A DNA stretch of 61,345 bases, filler included. It is 3 parts of 3 records of this genome, joined end to end, with 100 filler letters (N's around TTAATTAATTAA, not from the genome) between each part and the next. Parts side by side here need not be neighbours in the genome. Positions count along the whole stretch, not along the records: positions 51,689 to 61,345 come from SRR20825010_428; 2 more parts are not named here. One strand, 5' to 3'. This document shows, one piece after another, positions 57,953 through 61,345 of this stretch. Each line of letters starts with the position of its first letter. Position 1 is the stretch's first letter. The position numbers and the translations under genes were made by a program. Below the pieces are notes generated by a model. The model ran no database searches. It had not been told where the DNA came from and worked only from the letters and a program-made list of their open reading frames with translations.

Positions 57953-59048
57953 GTTGCCGAGCCTCCTTCAGCAGGCGCCGGCGGTAAAGCCAGGCAGGCC
58001 CGAACTGCAGCCATAACCCGAGGGCCAGAAACAGGGCATGCACCCATAGCAACCCGATCCATTCGGGCACCTTGCCGCCTTCAAGGGCATCACGGGCCAC
58101 GATGAGCAAACCAAGGTAAGTGATATAGACCAGCATGGCCGGCAACAAGTGGAAGAATCGCCCCTGCCGGGGATTCACCCGGCTAAGGCGCACAGCCAGC
58201 AGGGTGACAATCGGCACGATGAGCGGCAGTGTGAACCGCCAGTGCAGCATGGCTCGGTGCTCCGGATCATCCGACGCCATCAAGGCGGAGGTCGCAAGCC
58301 CTTCCTCCAGCTCTTTCTCACCCGCACTGCCACTGCGGATCTTGAGCCCGTAGGCTTCGAACCCGGTGACGTCGTACGCCAGTTGCCCCGGCAAGCCTTC
58401 AAAACGGGCACCATCTTCGAGCACCAGGAAGCGGCTGCCGGTTTGCTCGTCAATAAACTGGGACCCTTCCCGGGCGGTAATGATGGTAAGCCCCTTGCCG
58501 TCTTCACTGTGCTCGGCAATGAACACACCCTCAAGCCGACGCTTGTCTTCACTCAACGCTTCCGTGTAAGTCACACGTTCGCCAGACGACAACGACTGGA
58601 AGCGTCCCGGCGCCAACATCTCAAATTCCGTCGCCTGGCGTTGCTCGTTGAATATCCCCTCGACTTTCTTCATGCCCCAGGGAGACACATAGAGGCTCAT
58701 GGCCCCCACCACCAACATCACCGGAATACTGCCAAGAAGTGTTTTCATCAACAGCTGCTTGTCGCTCACACCACAGGCAAACAGCACCGTCATTTCACTT
58801 TCCAGGTACATGCGCCCGTACGCCAGCAGGATGCCAATGAAAAAGCCCAGGGGCAGGATCAGCTCCAGGAAACCGGGAAAACGGTAAGCCATAATCTGGA
58901 ACAACACATCGCCCGCCAGCTCACCGGCAGCGGCTTCCGCCAGATACTTGATAAACCGGCCACTCATGAACACCAGCAACAGAATGCCGGATACGGCAAG
59001 CATGCTGATGATCACCTGGCGGGTAAGGTATCGGAAAACGATGCTCAA
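57945..59048 (-). CDS. lptF: LPS export permease LptF
   Basis: IVFRYL, GRMYLESEMTVL, NPRQGRF; divergent from pepA. Confidence 0.95.
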   Translation of the reverse strand: MSIVFRYLTRQVIISMLAVSGILLLVFMSGRFIKYLAEAAAGELAGDVLFQIMAYRFPGFLELILPLGFFIGILLAYGRMYLESEMTVLFACGVSDKQLLMKTLLGSIPVMLVVGAMSLYVSPWGMKKVEGIFNEQRQATEFEMLAPGRFQSLSSGERVTYTEALSEDKRRLEGVFIAEHSEDGKGLTIITAREGSQFIDEQTGSRFLVLEDGARFEGLPGQLAYDVTGFEAYGLKIRSGSAGEKELEEGLATSALMASDDPEHRAMLHWRFTLPLIVPIVTLLAVRLSRVNPRQGRFFHLLPAMLVYITYLGLLIVARDALEGGKVPEWIGLLWVHALFLALGLWLQFGPAWLYRRRLLKEARQHA

Positions 59049-59258
59049 ATCGGTCTCTCAGAGCCGGATGCGACCGGAGTCGATGGAAATCGGGATTCGC
59101 CGTATTCTAAGTAACCTTGGTGCCGAATGACAGAGCACAGGCGTTAACAACCTGTCAGTGCTTGATAATTTACCCCCAAACCCCAATGCTATAGGCATTC
59201 GGACATTCAAGCCCGAGGCCGGGCCTGTCCTCCATCAGAATAACCAACGGGAGTTGCT

Positions 59259-60752
59259 ATGAATTTTACTCTGAGCAGTAAGCCCATTTCGGATACCAAA
59301 GCGGATTGCCTGGTTGTTGCCCTGCCGGAAAAAGGTGACTGGCCTGCCTCCACGACCCAAGCAAACGAAGCCCTGGGCGGACTGATCAAGACCCTGCAGA
59401 AGAACGGGGATGCTACCGGTAAAAATGCAACCACCCTGCTCGTTCCACTCGAAGGCCAGCCCTGGGCTCGCCTGCTGGTCGTTGGCACCGGCGCCGACAA
59501 GGATCGCTCCCCCGCCAACTACCGCAAGTCGCTGATCGCCATGGCCAGCCAGATCAAGGATGGCCCGTCCAAACACGTACTGGTCGGCCTGAGCGACACC
59601 CTTGTCACCGGTGACGACGCCACCAGTTCGGAAACGGCACGCCTGAACCTGATCGGCCGCACCCTGGAAGAGCAGTTCTACCGGTTCAGCGAATTCAAGA
59701 GCGAGAAACCATCACAACGCAAACTGACGAAGGTGACCGTTGCTGCCTCCTCCGCCGGAAAAGCCCTGAAGGACGCCTTCAATCTTGGCCTGGCAACCGG
59801 CCGCGGCATGAATTTCACCCGGGACTTGGGCAACACACCGCCGAATATCTGCCATCCCACCTGGCTGGCTGAGCAGGCTGAGAAACTGGCCAAAGACAAC
59901 GACGTCATCAAGACCGACGTGCTGGACGAAAAGCAGATGCAAAAGCTGGGCATGCACAGCTTACTGTCCGTGTCTGCCGGCAGCGCCCAACCCGCCAAAC
60001 TGATCGTAATGGAATACCGTGGCGGCAAGGCGAAAGACAAGCCTTACGTCCTCGTGGGCAAAGGCATTACCTTTGACACCGGCGGCATCAGCCTCAAGCC
60101 CGGCGAAGGCATGGATGAAATGAAGTACGACATGGGTGGCGCCGCCGCCGTGTTCGGCGCCATGAAAACCATTGCCGAGACCAAACCGAAAATCAACGTG
60201 GTTGCCGTAATCGCCGCCGCCGAGAACATGCCCAGCGGCACTGCGACACGCCCGGGTGACATTGTTACTTCCATGTCTGGCCAGACCATCGAAATCCTGA
60301 ACACCGACGCAGAAGGCCGACTCGTACTGTGCGACGCCCTCACCTACGTCAAGAAATTCGACCCGGAAGTGGTCGTCGACATGGCCACACTGACTGGCGC
60401 CTGCATCATCGCCCTGGGCAGCCATGCCACCGGCCTGCTGAGCAACAACGACACCCTGGCCAACGAACTGCTGGCCGCTGGTGAACGCGCGGGCGACCGC
60501 GCCTGGCGCCTGCCTCTGTGGGACGAATACCAGAGCCAGCTCGACAGCAACTTTGCTGACATGCAGAACATTGGTGGTCGCCCGGCCGGCACCATCACCG
60601 CTGCCTGCTTCCTGTCCCGGTTCACCAAGGACTACCCCTGGGCCCACCTGGACATTGCCGGCACTGCCTGGCTCTCCGGCAAAGCCAAAGGCTCAACCGG
60701 CCGCCCGGTACCCATGCTGGTCGACTACCTGATGTCTCATGCAGGAAAGTAA
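59259..60752 (+). CDS. pepA: Leucyl aminopeptidase (M17)
   Basis: VGKGITFDTGG, MKYDMGG, NTDAEGRL, WAHLDIAG. Confidence 0.97.
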   Translation: MNFTLSSKPISDTKADCLVVALPEKGDWPASTTQANEALGGLIKTLQKNGDATGKNATTLLVPLEGQPWARLLVVGTGADKDRSPANYRKSLIAMASQIKDGPSKHVLVGLSDTLVTGDDATSSETARLNLIGRTLEEQFYRFSEFKSEKPSQRKLTKVTVAASSAGKALKDAFNLGLATGRGMNFTRDLGNTPPNICHPTWLAEQAEKLAKDNDVIKTDVLDEKQMQKLGMHSLLSVSAGSAQPAKLIVMEYRGGKAKDKPYVLVGKGITFDTGGISLKPGEGMDEMKYDMGGAAAVFGAMKTIAETKPKINVVAVIAAAENMPSGTATRPGDIVTSMSGQTIEILNTDAEGRLVLCDALTYVKKFDPEVVVDMATLTGACIIALGSHATGLLSNNDTLANELLAAGERAGDRAWRLPLWDEYQSQLDSNFADMQNIGGRPAGTITAACFLSRFTKDYPWAHLDIAGTAWLSGKAKGSTGRPVPMLVDYLMSHAGK

Positions 60753-61212
60753 TCCGGGCTCACAGGATGAACGGAACCAGTCCTACTGGTTCCACATCCT
60801 CGCCCAGAACACCCCTGCTGCCCGCAATCTCCATACCGCCAAGCTGGTGGACAAGGCGCGCCAGCAGGGAGACCGCGTAGGCGTCGTCTGTGACACCATG
60901 CAACAGGCTCAGGAACTGGACGACCTGCTCTGGAACTTCAGCCCCGAGGCTTTTATACCCCACAGCATCGTGCCGGACTCCGCCACGACCTGTACTGATC
61001 CCGTTGGGATATTGCTTTGCCAACCGGTCGCAGAAGACTGGGACACGGTGATCATCCTCTCATCCACCCTGCCTGCGGACGCAGACCGGTTTAAACGATT
61101 GGCGCTGGTTGCCCATAACGACGAAACGGTGTTGAGTCAGGCACGATCGCATTTCAAGCAGTTACGGGCATTGGGAATTGAGCCTCGAGTGCATGACCAA
61201 AGGAAGCGATGA
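60739..61212 (+). CDS. holC: DNA polymerase III chi subunit
   Basis: LDDLLWNFSPEAFIPH, ARSHFK; directly after pepA. Confidence 0.88.
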   Translation: MQESNPGSQDERNQSYWFHILAQNTPAARNLHTAKLVDKARQQGDRVGVVCDTMQQAQELDDLLWNFSPEAFIPHSIVPDSATTCTDPVGILLCQPVAEDWDTVIILSSTLPADADRFKRLALVAHNDETVLSQARSHFKQLRALGIEPRVHDQRKR

Positions 61213-61290
61213 GACGTAAAACAGGCTCACAATCAAACCCGGGTAAAACCATCGAACACAGCCGAGACAACTCGGACTCCATAAGGGTAT

Positions 61291-61345
61291 GGGGGTAGTT
61301 TGAATTTCGGACAGCAAAAAGGTGTCTGAGCGCAGCGAGTTCTTT
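61291..61345. repeat. Start of a putative intergenic palindromic repeat, cut by the window end
   Basis: GGGGGTAGTTTGAATTTC...GCAAAAAGGTGTCTGAGCGCAGCGAGTTCTTT; the GAGCGCAGCGAG core is recalled from REP-like repeats. Confidence 0.35.

Noticed and set aside
52251..61212. Contig 3 as a source of novel systems
   Set aside because: Ordinary housekeeping genes with intact motifs; nothing unexplained apart from short intergenic elements.

Overview
This window is not one locus. It holds three unrelated contigs joined by artificial 100-bp linkers (44 N + TTAATTAATTAA + 44 N at 26078-26177 and 51589-51688), so gene order across the linkers has no biological meaning. Contig 1 (1-26077) is alphaproteobacterial and mostly core genes: mltA/Tim44/fxsA/secB, holA-lptE-leuS, yggS, ribA, a CenR-like regulator, xth, lolA and the ftsK tail. 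Two accessory signals stand out. comM carries a LexA box and is cut at its Walker-B motif, apparently by an integrated element. A lone AT-rich gene encodes a ribbon-helix-helix domain fused to a restriction-nuclease-like domain, and its promoter is bracketed by a perfect 19-bp inverted repeat. Contig 2 (26178-51588) is planctomycete (Rhodopirellula/Pirellulaceae-like). It has an RND pair, an ECF sigma plus Ser/Thr kinase, a glycosyltransferase, a LamG-BNR protein and a CotH-VTC-DUF4956 operon. It also has two tandem DUF1559 prepilin-like genes heading a PepSY-TM/DUF2271/DUF4198/flavodoxin cluster, a candidate planctomycete metal-acquisition or extracytosolic redox system. Contig 3 (51689-61345) is gammaproteobacterial housekeeping (Marinobacter-like): partial tRNA-Ser, csrA, lysC, alaS, RDD, lptGF, pepA, holC. 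All family and taxon calls come from reading motifs by eye; no database searches were run.
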